DNA of 18,373 bases from the IMG/VR virus record IMGVR_UViG_3300045988_028413, positions 1 to 18,373 of that record; one strand, written 5' to 3'. The translations under genes and the position numbers were made by a program. The notes below the pieces were generated by a model. That model did not search any database. It was not told the DNA's origin and was given only the letters and a program-made list of their open reading frames with translations. Each line of letters starts with the position of its first letter. The first letter of the stretch is position 1. Source of the stretch: a virus. Of the stretch, positions 5,834-14,415 are shown one piece after another.

Positions 5834-7549
5834 ATGTCCAATATTCGACCCCTCGCGGGTAAGGGAGACGTTGAGATCTTCAACGCCGTCCGAAACGCCA
5901 CTTCACCGCAGTTTCAGACTCGCATTCCGAGCGCTACGCAGGGAAATATTCGCAATGCCGTGGATACCATGCGCAATTTTCCATATTTGCGCGACGAATT
6001 CACCGGTGTTTTGATTCAGCGTCTTATCGGTCTGTATATCCAGCATGCTGACTGGGATGATCCGCTTAAGCTTATCGGCTCCCCACGCACTCTGAAGCGC
6101 TACGGCTCCACGTACGAACAGGCCGCTGTTGGTTTGGTCAAGGCGCGTACCCGTAATTTTAATAAAGAGTACTTGGGTGATGATGTGTATGGGCGCTACT
6201 CACTGCCAACCGCAAGCGTATTCCACCCCCTTACTTTTGATCATTACTATCCGGTTACCATCCCAGAGGACGCCTTGCTCACCGCGTTCGATGGCGAGTC
6301 CGGCATGTCGGATTACATTTCAGAGATCATGAACGCGCCGATCTTGAGCGATCGTAACGACATGTACTTGATGAAGACGCAGACCTTTGCAGAATACGCT
6401 CGCAAGGGTGGCTTCTATCGTGTTCACACCCCTGATGTGGGGGCGGCAAACTCCACTGAAGCGGACGCCAAGGGACTGCTGCGACTCATCCAGCAGGTGG
6501 CGAACGAACTCAAGGCTAGCCCAATGTCAGCCATGCCACGATATAATGCCATGAGCTGGGTGACTCCATGGCGCGACTCGGAAGCTATCCTCTTTGCCAC
6601 CCCGCAGGTGATCGCCGCGCTTAATGTGGAAGCTCTCGCCGCCGCGTTTAATATTGACAAGGTTAATGTGCCGTATCGTATCATTCCGATCCCGGAAGAC
6701 ATGTTCGGTATCGGTGGGCAGGGCGGCAAGGTACAGGCCGTCTTGACCACGGAAGACTTCTTCTTCTGCTGGGACGAGATGTTGGAGACGACGAACAGCC
6801 CCGTTAATCCGATTGACGGCACTCGCAACATCTTCTACAAGCATAGGGGGTCTATCACCCCTAATCCGTTTGCTAACGCGGTTCTTTTTTGGACAGGCAA
6901 AGACTCCAATAAGTCCGTGACCTTGCCAGATACGCTCACCACTTCGAAGCCAGTCTTTGAATTGAAAGTGCAGAAATACGGCCAGCCCGCCATCACCCCG
7001 CAGAATGTGGAACGTGGCGATCTCGTGCAAGTGGTGTCTACCATCGAAAGCGCGAACAAGACTAAGGCGTCCTTCCAGCCGGTCGGCATCGAATACAAGG
7101 TCGAAGGCGCGACCTCCCAGTTTACCAGCATTGATAATGACGGTATCCTGCGCTGTGGCCTTGACGAAACCGCCGAAAGCCTCAAGGTTACCGCTCAGGC
7201 AACCTACATCAATCCGGCTACACCGGAAATCGACCAGACCGTTTCCGCTGCACTGGACGTGCCGGTTAAGGGTACTTGGGTCGGCGGATTCGTCACCGGG
7301 GCACTGAAAGAAATCCATGTTGACGGGGCAAGCACTGTCAAGCAAGGCGAGAGTATCAAACTGACCGCCTCGGTTGTCTTGTATGACGGCAATAAGGTTG
7401 ATATCAGCAACATGGCCGATTGGAATGTGGATGCGAACGCCACCGTCGATAAGACAGGCAAGGTCACTGGTGCGAGTGTTGGTACGGCCAGGGTTTCAGC
7501 CAAGTTCGCGGGTGTAGTAGGCAACAGGAATATCAGCGTCACCGCCTGA
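5834..7549 (+). CDS. Major capsid protein (571 aa) with C-terminal Ig-like (Big_2-type) domain
   Basis: Strong SD (gttaggagatatatataATG) and a terminator downstream. N-terminal EIFNAVRNATSPQFQTRIPSATQGNIRNAV resembles the phi29 gp8 N-terminus ([29 protein letters not shown]) as I recall it. The last ~90 aa (VKQGESIKLTASVVLYDGNKVDISNMADWNVDANATVDKTGKVTGASVGTARVSAKF) have the Big_2 signature. Position after the scaffold matches. Confidence 0.85.
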   Translation: MSNIRPLAGKGDVEIFNAVRNATSPQFQTRIPSATQGNIRNAVDTMRNFPYLRDEFTGVLIQRLIGLYIQHADWDDPLKLIGSPRTLKRYGSTYEQAAVGLVKARTRNFNKEYLGDDVYGRYSLPTASVFHPLTFDHYYPVTIPEDALLTAFDGESGMSDYISEIMNAPILSDRNDMYLMKTQTFAEYARKGGFYRVHTPDVGAANSTEADAKGLLRLIQQVANELKASPMSAMPRYNAMSWVTPWRDSEAILFATPQVIAALNVEALAAAFNIDKVNVPYRIIPIPEDMFGIGGQGGKVQAVLTTEDFFFCWDEMLETTNSPVNPIDGTRNIFYKHRGSITPNPFANAVLFWTGKDSNKSVTLPDTLTTSKPVFELKVQKYGQPAITPQNVERGDLVQVVSTIESANKTKASFQPVGIEYKVEGATSQFTSIDNDGILRCGLDETAESLKVTAQATYINPATPEIDQTVSAALDVPVKGTWVGGFVTGALKEIHVDGASTVKQGESIKLTASVVLYDGNKVDISNMADWNVDANATVDKTGKVTGASVGTARVSAKFAGVVGNRNISVTA

Positions 7550-7570
7550 CATAGGTATCGACTGGTAAAA

Positions 7571-7606
7571 TAGGTGCGAGAATTATAATCTCGCACCTAT
7601 TGTTTT
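7571..7606 (+). terminator. Rho-independent terminator whose 9-nt loop carries TATAAT (taggtgcgag-aattataat-ctcgcaccta + ttgtttt), followed by the AGGAGG SD of the next gene
   Basis: Perfect 10-bp stem plus a U-tract. It shares the 14-mer attgttttaggagg with the 15765-15780 cassette. Confidence 0.7.
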
Positions 7607-7616
7607 AGGAGGGATC

Positions 7617-9857
7617 ATGAGCGCAAACGATTTGCCCATCAATTTTTCGTATGCAAAATGGACGCCCAACACGCGTTTCAAGCTGTGTAATGTGCCGTGG
7701 GATATGGGCTACCGGGATATCGTCAAATGGGATAAACAATCCCAGAAAGAGTATTTCGACCGGTTGAATGGTATTGAATTTACAGACTGCACCATGGCTA
7801 AATACGGACTGCCCGTAAGACTGCCTATTCCGTTTGCGCAGGCTAGCCAATATAATTATTTGATCGCCACGAACGATTATGACTTCGATACCCCCCGTAG
7901 CTGGTATTATTTCATCCAGACATGCGATTATATCAACGCCAACACCACACAGCTCAATATCCAGTTGGACGTATGGCAATCATTCCAGCACGATATTCAG
8001 TTGGGCAATGCCTATGTAGAGCGCGGCCATGTGGGCGTAGCCAACGAAAACGCATGGAAAGACTGGGGAAAAACCTACCTTGATCTGCCCGAAGGACTCG
8101 ACACCGGCAAATGTACGGTACTGACTAACGAATCATGGAAGCCATTGATGGACATAGGATCACATGACGGCGTGAAATACACGTCATATGGACTGATTAT
8201 CGTAAGCACCACCGACTTGGAAGCAAGCCCTGGCACCAAAGATAATCCGGTAGTCAATACCGCTACGGGCAGTGCTTTTGAAAGTCAGTTGAATGGCACA
8301 TCCATGTATTATTTGGACACTCCCGCCGATATTGTCGCATTCTTCACTGAAGGCATGAATGCGCCATGGGTAACGCAAGGTATTTGCGGCATCTACGCGG
8401 TGCCTCATCTACCGCAAGCCTTATTGGATGGTCAGCCGAAAAAGACGGAACTCTTCGGTCACTCGGTCGGTTTCATCGGCAATTGCTGGGAACTACGCAA
8501 ACGAAACGACAATAGCAACGCACGCTACGCGGACATTATCAATCTCAAAAATTTCCGAGACACTTTTACTTTGCCCGAACGCTATAAGTACCTGAAGAAA
8601 TTCCTTACCGCCCCATACGCCTATATCGAATGTTCATGCTTGAACGGTACCGTGATCGCGTATGAGCCTGAGCAGATTCCATCGGCTGACTTGATTATCC
8701 GCGAGTCGTGGAATTACGCGCCCCCTTCCCCACGCTTGAACTTCTACGTGAGAGGTTATCATGCAGGGAACTTGGGCGAACGCCAACCACTACCAGATAG
8801 CAAAGGATTGCCTATCGATACGGGCGACATGCTCGACGCATCATTTGGCATTACAAATTTCCCGACCTTTATGGCGGTGAACAACGGATCCGCTCTCGCT
8901 CTTGCGAACAGCGCATACACCCGTCAATATGCGCAACAATCTGCAGATTGGGGGTATCAAAAAACACAAATGGGCATCAACAACGCTTACGCTCAGGCAC
9001 AACTTGGAACGCAGTATGCGAGCGCACAGAACAGGTTGGGCGCGTCCAACCGGAACGCCATGAATGCGATCAGCAATCAATCTGCGCAGATGGGTACCGA
9101 TTTGACGTTGAAGAACCTCGGATTCAGCAACCAGATGGCGCAGTTGAACACGATTGGGTCGGGTGTGGCGAACGCTGTGGGTTCCGCCGTTACCGGCAAT
9201 ATGGGAGGTGTGGCCGGTGCCATAGCGGGCACCGCGATCGGCGCATGGACAAACCAGCAAACCTACAGCAACAACGTTTCAACCGCCAACCAACAATTGG
9301 CGAACACGCAGACCACGAACAACGCCAGTACCTCACAGGCCAACGCTTTTTCGCTCGCGCAAACCAACTTGAGCAATCAGCAAACCATGCAACTCGCGGA
9401 CATGAACAGACAGTTGGCGCAGGCCACGGCGCAAGGCGATTACGAAAACACGATCGCGGGCATCAACGCGCAGGTTCAGCAGACTCAGACCGTACCGCCG
9501 ACCACGTCCGGCGCTCTTGGAGGTGACGCTTTCAATTTGGCGAACGGACTGATTGGCGTCATGGTGCGGTTTAGGCAAATCTCTCCCGCCGCCATGCAAG
9601 CCATCGGAGAAGTATGGCTACGCTACGGGTATTACGTGCAACGGTTCATGAAACTGCCTGAAAATCTTATGACAATGAGCAATTTTACCTATTGGAAACT
9701 ACACGAGTTGTACGTGCGTTCGAGCACATGTCCCGAAGAGTACCGCCTAACTGTGAAGGGTATTTTCGAGAGTGGCGTGACCGTGTGGACTGACCCCGAG
9801 AAAATCGGTGTCACCGATTATGCGGACAATGTGCCTTTAAGCGGTATTGCATACTGA
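7617..9857 (+). CDS. Tail knob / distal tube protein (phi29 gp9-like), 746 aa, with an expanded Q/N/A-rich low-complexity central region
   Basis: Located directly upstream of the portal gene, as gp9 is upstream of gp10. The Gly/Ala-rich stretch GSGVANAVGSAVTGNMGGVAGAIAGTAIGA and the C-terminal YYVQRFMKLPENL...GIFESGVTVWTDPEK resemble the phi29 gp9 flexible loop and its C-terminal ...GITLWHTD as I recall them. About 190 aa of Q/N/A-rich sequence (QLANTQTTNNASTSQANAF...) are inserted. Confidence 0.7.
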   Translation: MSANDLPINFSYAKWTPNTRFKLCNVPWDMGYRDIVKWDKQSQKEYFDRLNGIEFTDCTMAKYGLPVRLPIPFAQASQYNYLIATNDYDFDTPRSWYYFIQTCDYINANTTQLNIQLDVWQSFQHDIQLGNAYVERGHVGVANENAWKDWGKTYLDLPEGLDTGKCTVLTNESWKPLMDIGSHDGVKYTSYGLIIVSTTDLEASPGTKDNPVVNTATGSAFESQLNGTSMYYLDTPADIVAFFTEGMNAPWVTQGICGIYAVPHLPQALLDGQPKKTELFGHSVGFIGNCWELRKRNDNSNARYADIINLKNFRDTFTLPERYKYLKKFLTAPYAYIECSCLNGTVIAYEPEQIPSADLIIRESWNYAPPSPRLNFYVRGYHAGNLGERQPLPDSKGLPIDTGDMLDASFGITNFPTFMAVNNGSALALANSAYTRQYAQQSADWGYQKTQMGINNAYAQAQLGTQYASAQNRLGASNRNAMNAISNQSAQMGTDLTLKNLGFSNQMAQLNTIGSGVANAVGSAVTGNMGGVAGAIAGTAIGAWTNQQTYSNNVSTANQQLANTQTTNNASTSQANAFSLAQTNLSNQQTMQLADMNRQLAQATAQGDYENTIAGINAQVQQTQTVPPTTSGALGGDAFNLANGLIGVMVRFRQISPAAMQAIGEVWLRYGYYVQRFMKLPENLMTMSNFTYWKLHELYVRSSTCPEEYRLTVKGIFESGVTVWTDPEKIGVTDYADNVPLSGIAY

Positions 9858-9865
9858 CATATATA

Positions 9866-9893
9866 ATAGGGAGAGTATAATAACTCTCCCTAT
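9866..9893 (+). promoter_or_regulatory. Hairpin atagggagag-tataataa-ctctccctat with TATAAT in the loop, ending 4 nt before the portal ATG; a second TATAAT lies at 9862-9867
   Basis: Perfect 10-bp stem with no U-tract. It overlaps the end of the tail-knob gene (stop 9855-9857). Confidence 0.5.
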
Positions 9894-9897
9894 TACT

Positions 9898-10854
9898 ATG
9901 TTAAGGACGGTTATAGTGGGTAAACGTAATAATGCACGTAAGGCCGCGCATTGGGACAATCAGAGTGTGCTCGGCTCCATGTGGGGCAACCTCAATCTGC
10001 CCGAAATGCGGCAAAGCTTACGAATTAATCAATATATGAAGCTGATTGAAATGCTGGCAGTAAGCCGATTCAAATGGATTAACTTACCCCCGTACATTGA
10101 TGAAAGATATTTGGAACTGACTTTGTTTGAAAACGGTTTAGCCCTCTTCTTCCCCGATAAAAGAAAAGGGGTAAACCGTTTTATGGTTACGTCCGGTAAT
10201 ATTGGCGGGGTTAACAACTATAATAATCCAACGTCATTCCAGCCGGTGGCAACCCATTATTCGCACCCACAGATCGGTTCAAAAAAGTGCGTGCCGATTT
10301 GGGACAACCAGCTACGTTGTACCATGATTGACGTCATGTGGAATTATGCGACGCGATTGGCCATTGCAGATCGTGCGCTGGATGTGAATTTGGATAATAT
10401 TTCCGTGCCGTTGATTATCGCCACGTCCGAAACCAACAAATTGACCGCCCAAAACCTCATGAAGGCGAGAGAAGACGGCGACCCATACATTTACACCTAT
10501 GATAGTGCCGATATCACCGGCATGTTCCAAACATTCCCCAACGTCACACCATTCCTTGCGGACAAAATCATCACCACGAAAACGCAGATCTGGAACGAAT
10601 TAGTCAATTATCTCGGCATCGACAACAGCACTACGGAAAAGAAGGAGCGGTTGCTAGAAAGTGAAGTCACGGCAGGCAACAGTCGAACGAATGTGTTTCG
10701 ACTGAGCTATTTGAAGGCACGCCAACAGGCGTGCGATACGATTAACCGGTTGTGGCCGCAAATGGCTGACTCGGGGTGCCCCATCGGCATTGAGTGGAAT
10801 GACACCACGTCTGGCGGTCTATTGGACGTGGAAGGCAACAAGGAAGAGGAATAG
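9898..10854 (+). CDS. Portal / head-tail connector protein (phi29 gp10-like)
   Basis: [35 protein letters not shown] compares with phi29 [64 protein letters not shown] compares with [51 protein letters not shown] compares with FLKSREEACEKINELYG. The start is uncertain: ATG 9898, or GTG 9916 ([10 protein letters not shown], resembling phi29 MARKRSN) with SD aagga. The ORF-track TTG start at 9847 overlaps the upstream hairpin. Confidence 0.9.
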   Translation: [318 protein letters not shown]

Positions 10855-10856
10855 AC

Positions 10857-11669
10857 ATGGTGCAAGACTTGAGCATGTACGCCATCAAAGACAGCATGGC
10901 CGATTACACGATGACCTTAGGCAATCTGATAGACCGTGGATTCAATACGGATGAAAAACTGCATTTAAGTTCGCAATATTACCCGATTTTCGACGAAAAT
11001 TATAGGGCGAAATTGAACGAGAAAATCGTAGCCCACTACGCACTGCGCGAAATCGGAAGCGAAACGCCACAAATGTTCGTATTTTATCTTGGGCGTACCA
11101 TGCGCGAACAAATGGACTATTACAATCAACTTTATTTATCCGCACAACGCAAGTTCGACCCGTTTATCACGTCCGATATCCGGCTGGAAATGGATTCGAC
11201 CAGTACGAACGAATCCAGCGGCAAATCTACGGGGGAGCAATCCAATACATCCACGGCAAACAGCACGTCCGATACCACGGCAGACAATTCGAGCATGACG
11301 TTTAACAGCGAGTTCCCGCAGACCCGTATCGACGATTTCAAACAGTTTGCTACCAGTGCGTCACAGACCGACTCACTTGGCAACACGCATACAAGCACCC
11401 AGCAGGACAGTACGGCCACCGCAACCAGCACCAGCAACACCGACTATGCGCACTCTTCCGACAAGGGCAATTCCACCTCACATACGCTCGGAACGAGCGG
11501 TTCACAATCCCAACTCCTACAAGACTGGCGCAGTACCATGCTCAACATTGATATGATGGTGATTAACTCGTTGGAAGACTTGTTTATGGGCATGTGGGGC
11601 AGTGGCGACAACATGACCAACGTACCACAGCTTTACAGTACCTCACTAGCATATAATCTCGGCCACTAG
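10857..11669 (+). CDS. Putative lower collar protein (gp11-like by position), 270 aa, with a Ser/Thr-rich low-complexity segment
   Basis: The ATG is three nt after the portal stop (aatagacATG), suggesting translational coupling. Its size is close to phi29 gp11. It contains ~110 aa of S/T/N-rich sequence (STSTNESSGKSTGEQSNTSTANSTSDTT...SQSQ), which is unusual for this role. No sequence-level support. Confidence 0.4.
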   Translation: MVQDLSMYAIKDSMADYTMTLGNLIDRGFNTDEKLHLSSQYYPIFDENYRAKLNEKIVAHYALREIGSETPQMFVFYLGRTMREQMDYYNQLYLSAQRKFDPFITSDIRLEMDSTSTNESSGKSTGEQSNTSTANSTSDTTADNSSMTFNSEFPQTRIDDFKQFATSASQTDSLGNTHTSTQQDSTATATSTSNTDYAHSSDKGNSTSHTLGTSGSQSQLLQDWRSTMLNIDMMVINSLEDLFMGMWGSGDNMTNVPQLYSTSLAYNLGH

Positions 11670-11701
11670 AGTATACTTAATACAGACAGATTGGAGGATT
11701 A

Positions 11702-12301
11702 ATGGACGGAATAAACCTATGTGCCGCACCGCTCGACATTGACCCACGACAACGGTATTTCACCACAGTACAACCGTTTTCGTACCGCGATACCTTGACA
11801 GTGTTGGGATATGTGCAGGAGGTGGCCGAACATCTTGACCATCTCAGAGAACAGCTTGACAATCTCGCCAAAGACGAAAACGCGGACATCGAAGCCATCA
11901 AACAGCTGATAGCCGGTTTTAATGAGCAGTTCGAGCGTATTAACAAGACGCTGGATGACTTGGAAAAACAGGTCGGACAGTATGAAGATTCAGGCCTTAC
12001 ATATAATCCGACCCGCGGCAAATACGAGGATAGCAAAAACACGAACCGAGACGTATACCGAGAGTTGGCAGTGTTCGGGGCGCGAGTCAATCAAATGGCT
12101 CAACTTAGCGTGCCAATGGCGGCGGCGCACACCTGCTTGGAGTTCGCCGTGCTCGGTAACAAAACCATTTTCCACAATGATGAGCCACGCATCACACCGC
12201 GTGATGTGCACATGGATGATGGGGAGCCGGTCAATCCGCTAACGGTTGAAAATCTCGCCAATGGCGTCGTGGTCAACAATTTTATGAAAACTGCAAAATA
12301 A
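11702..12301 (+). CDS. Hypothetical structural (tail/appendage-region) protein, 199 aa, with a predicted coiled-coil segment
   Basis: Strong SD (gattggaggattaATG). Coiled-coil-like EHLDHLREQLDNLAKDENADIEAIKQLIAGFNEQFERINKTLDDLEKQV. Lies between the collar and fibre genes. Confidence 0.5.
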   Translation: MDGINLCAAPLDIDPRQRYFTTVQPFSYRDTLTVLGYVQEVAEHLDHLREQLDNLAKDENADIEAIKQLIAGFNEQFERINKTLDDLEKQVGQYEDSGLTYNPTRGKYEDSKNTNRDVYRELAVFGARVNQMAQLSVPMAAAHTCLEFAVLGNKTIFHNDEPRITPRDVHMDDGEPVNPLTVENLANGVVVNNFMKTAK

Positions 12302-12319
12302 CAGGAAGGATTACAGGAA

Positions 12320-12673
12320 ATGACTAGTAAAACCACAAATTATAATCTCGAAAAATATGATGCAACCGATTCGCCGAACCTTCAGGGTGCATACAATCGG
12401 TCAATAGACATTATTGACATGACGCTGAAAGCCCAGTCAGACAAAATCGACACCATCCCGACACCGGAAAAACTACCGGACGGGCTGAAAGCGTTCTGCA
12501 CCGCCTTGGGATTGACCAATTCGAATGCGGGAGCGCTCGGTACCGCGCTCAATCATCTCCTCAACCGCACTCCTGCCAGCAATGGCGGACAGTATACGGT
12601 CAAAAATCTCAACGACACGAAGGTTACTGCGGAAGGATTGCCGTTCGTGTCCACCACCTCTACGGGGAAGTGA
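12320..12673 (+). CDS. Short fibre/appendage protein (117 aa) carrying the shared N-terminal anchor module (copy A)
   Basis: SD caggaaggattacaggaaATG. N-terminal TTNYNLEKYDATDSPNLQGAYNRSIDIIDMTLKA is paralogous to the N-termini of the two following genes. Confidence 0.55.
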   Translation: MTSKTTNYNLEKYDATDSPNLQGAYNRSIDIIDMTLKAQSDKIDTIPTPEKLPDGLKAFCTALGLTNSNAGALGTALNHLLNRTPASNGGQYTVKNLNDTKVTAEGLPFVSTTSTGK

Positions 12674-12679
12674 CATATT

Positions 12680-12862
12680 ATGGCAGACGGTCAGCAGACC
12701 ACGCCCGTGGATTCCGCCGCGTACGACGTGACCAGACATTGGGGACTTCCGCTCTACAATGATGCAACCACTATGGACTTAAGAGATGGCTACAATCATG
12801 CCATGCGTATGATTGACCAGATTCTAACCCAGCTGCAGACTCAAATTCGAGAAAAGGATTAG
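12680..12862 (+). CDS. Stand-alone fibre N-terminal anchor module (60 aa; copy B)
   Basis: HWGLPLYNDATTMDLRDGYNHAMRMIDQILTQL aligns with NYGLNLYGDNDPADLRDGYNGSMRTIDTTLKT at the start of the 515-aa fibre. It has its own start (ggggaagtgacatattATG) and a different frame from the downstream gene. It consists of the module plus a short helical tail only. Confidence 0.5.
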   Translation: MADGQQTTPVDSAAYDVTRHWGLPLYNDATTMDLRDGYNHAMRMIDQILTQLQTQIREKD

Positions 12863-12867
12863 CATAA

Positions 12868-14415
12868 ATGGCTACAGTATATACGAAAACCGACAATTAC
12901 GGTTTGAACTTGTATGGGGACAATGACCCCGCCGACCTGAGAGACGGTTACAACGGCTCCATGCGCACCATCGACACCACTTTGAAAACGCACCTGAATC
13001 GTATCGAGGGTGTGGAAGCTCGTGAAACCCATGATGAAGCGGTCATGAAGGCACTGCTTGTGGATAACACGGTGGATAACGCCACCGCGTCGAAAACCAA
13101 ATGGGATAAAGCAGGTATCGACGCCGCCGCCGCCGCAAGCAAGGCCGATGCAAACACAGCAATTCTCACCGCGCTCGGAGCTGGTTCCACCGTCAATGCC
13201 GCCGCACAAAAAACCAAGTGGGATAAGGCAGTGGACACCGCCAATAGCAACGCTCGGGCATTGACCGCGCTCGGGAGCGATACTACCGAGACCGCCACCG
13301 CAAATAAAACCAAGTGGAATGCCGCTTCCACCACCGCTACTAGCAATAATCAGGCATTGACCGCCCTTGGCAGCAACACAGTCGGCACCGCCACCGCCAA
13401 TAAATCCAAGTGGGACAAGGCTGCGACGGATGCCGCCGCCGCTCTCAACGCCGTCCACACCCCAGACAAGCTCAAGGATTATGTGGTAGTGTTGGGTGAT
13501 AGTTGGGTGGACGGATATTATGGTGGTGCGAAACATATCGACCAGTCACCCGCCGTCGCCATCAAGGAAAAACTCAGCCCACAACGCTTTTACTACAAGG
13601 GTTCCAGCGCTGGCGGTTTTGCTGTGTCCGGTGACGACGGGACGTTTATGGACATTTGGAACACCGTTCCAGATAAAAACAAGGTGACGGCGGTTATCGT
13701 CATCGGCGGACAGAATGACGCCACTGGACTCGAACAGCAACGTACCAGCGAATCCGTCATTACCTCCAAGGCTCGCGAACTCATGCAGACCATTCACGCG
13801 GAAGCGCCGAACGCCGAGATCCATGTCTGCCCCATGGTGTTGGCAGTCGGCCAAACATTAACAAAAACTCAGAACCACGGCTCGGATAGGGCGCACCGTC
13901 TTGCAGTTGTGAAGGCATTGACCCTCAACTTGAAGGATTTAGGTTTCGGCTGGATTCATGTACATGAGGGCGGATACCGTATCGGCGTGGTGGCTTCTCA
14001 GGCTTCGGACGGTGGCGACGGTGGTGATGGTGCGCACCTGAGCCGTGGGGGATACGTGCTTGCCGGATATTGGATAGCCCACTGCGTCGCCGCAGGTATC
14101 GACCTATGGCCCACGAACTACGGAGGTCCAAGCGAAAGCCAAATCAGCGGCAAATGGGATTACGTCAACATCTACGAGCGTGATGGGATATTGTCCATCG
14201 GCTTCAAAGTCAACTATAACGCGAAGCCGAACAATGCCGCCCGTATCTTCAAACTGCCGAAATGGGCAACCATCGGCAACTCCCATTTCTATCCGAATTT
14301 CGACGGCAAAGGATTCGTAGCCATTGACGGCAATACGCTCAGCGTCCAGAACGCCGGAAATTTGGACAATACGGGCGTTCTCGTAGGTTCCTATATGATT
14401 CCCGCAGGAATGTGA
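12868..14415 (+). CDS. Tail fibre / appendage protein (515 aa): N-terminal anchor module (copy C), four ~32-aa KTKWDKA tandem repeats, an SGNH/GDSL-hydrolase (esterase) domain and a C-terminal beta-rich putative binding domain
   Basis: SGNH blocks read directly: block I VVLGDSWVDG (GDS nucleophile), block III IGGQNDA (GxND), block V DGGDGAHLS (DxxH). Repeats NATASKTKWDKA / NAAAQKTKWDKA / TATANKTKWNAA / TATANKSKWDKA. SD aaaaggatt. Confidence 0.75.
   Translation: MATVYTKTDNYGLNLYGDNDPADLRDGYNGSMRTIDTTLKTHLNRIEGVEARETHDEAVMKALLVDNTVDNATASKTKWDKAGIDAAAAASKADANTAILTALGAGSTVNAAAQKTKWDKAVDTANSNARALTALGSDTTETATANKTKWNAASTTATSNNQALTALGSNTVGTATANKSKWDKAATDAAAALNAVHTPDKLKDYVVVLGDSWVDGYYGGAKHIDQSPAVAIKEKLSPQRFYYKGSSAGGFAVSGDDGTFMDIWNTVPDKNKVTAVIVIGGQNDATGLEQQRTSESVITSKARELMQTIHAEAPNAEIHVCPMVLAVGQTLTKTQNHGSDRAHRLAVVKALTLNLKDLGFGWIHVHEGGYRIGVVASQASDGGDGGDGAHLSRGGYVLAGYWIAHCVAAGIDLWPTNYGGPSESQISGKWDYVNIYERDGILSIGFKVNYNAKPNNAARIFKLPKWATIGNSHFYPNFDGKGFVAIDGNTLSVQNAGNLDNTGVLVGSYMIPAGM
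13078..13480 (+). repeat. Four in-frame tandem repeats (period 96-117 nt, about 32 aa) inside the fibre gene
   Basis: Repeat starts near 13078, 13195, 13291 and 13387 (acc gcc acc gc[agc] aat aaa [at]cc aag tgg ga[tc] aag gc). The matching antisense ORFs 12859-13536 and 12948-13346 are artefacts of this repetitive GC-rich stretch. Confidence 0.75.

Noticed and set aside
6527-7345. 272-aa minus-strand ORF inside the major capsid gene
   Set aside because: Antisense of a GC-rich, well-supported capsid coding frame; there is no expression signal.
8948-9526. 192-aa + strand ORF in an alternative frame within the tail-knob gene
   Set aside because: It lies in the Q/N-rich low-complexity region, which opens spurious frames. 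Its Arg/His/Gln-rich product and lack of SD argue against coding.
12859-13536. 225-aa and 132-aa minus-strand Gly-rich ORFs (12859-13536, 12948-13346)
   Set aside because: They are the reverse complement of the Ala/Thr-rich tandem repeat region of the fibre gene. The poly-Gly/Ala/Cys composition is a repeat artefact.
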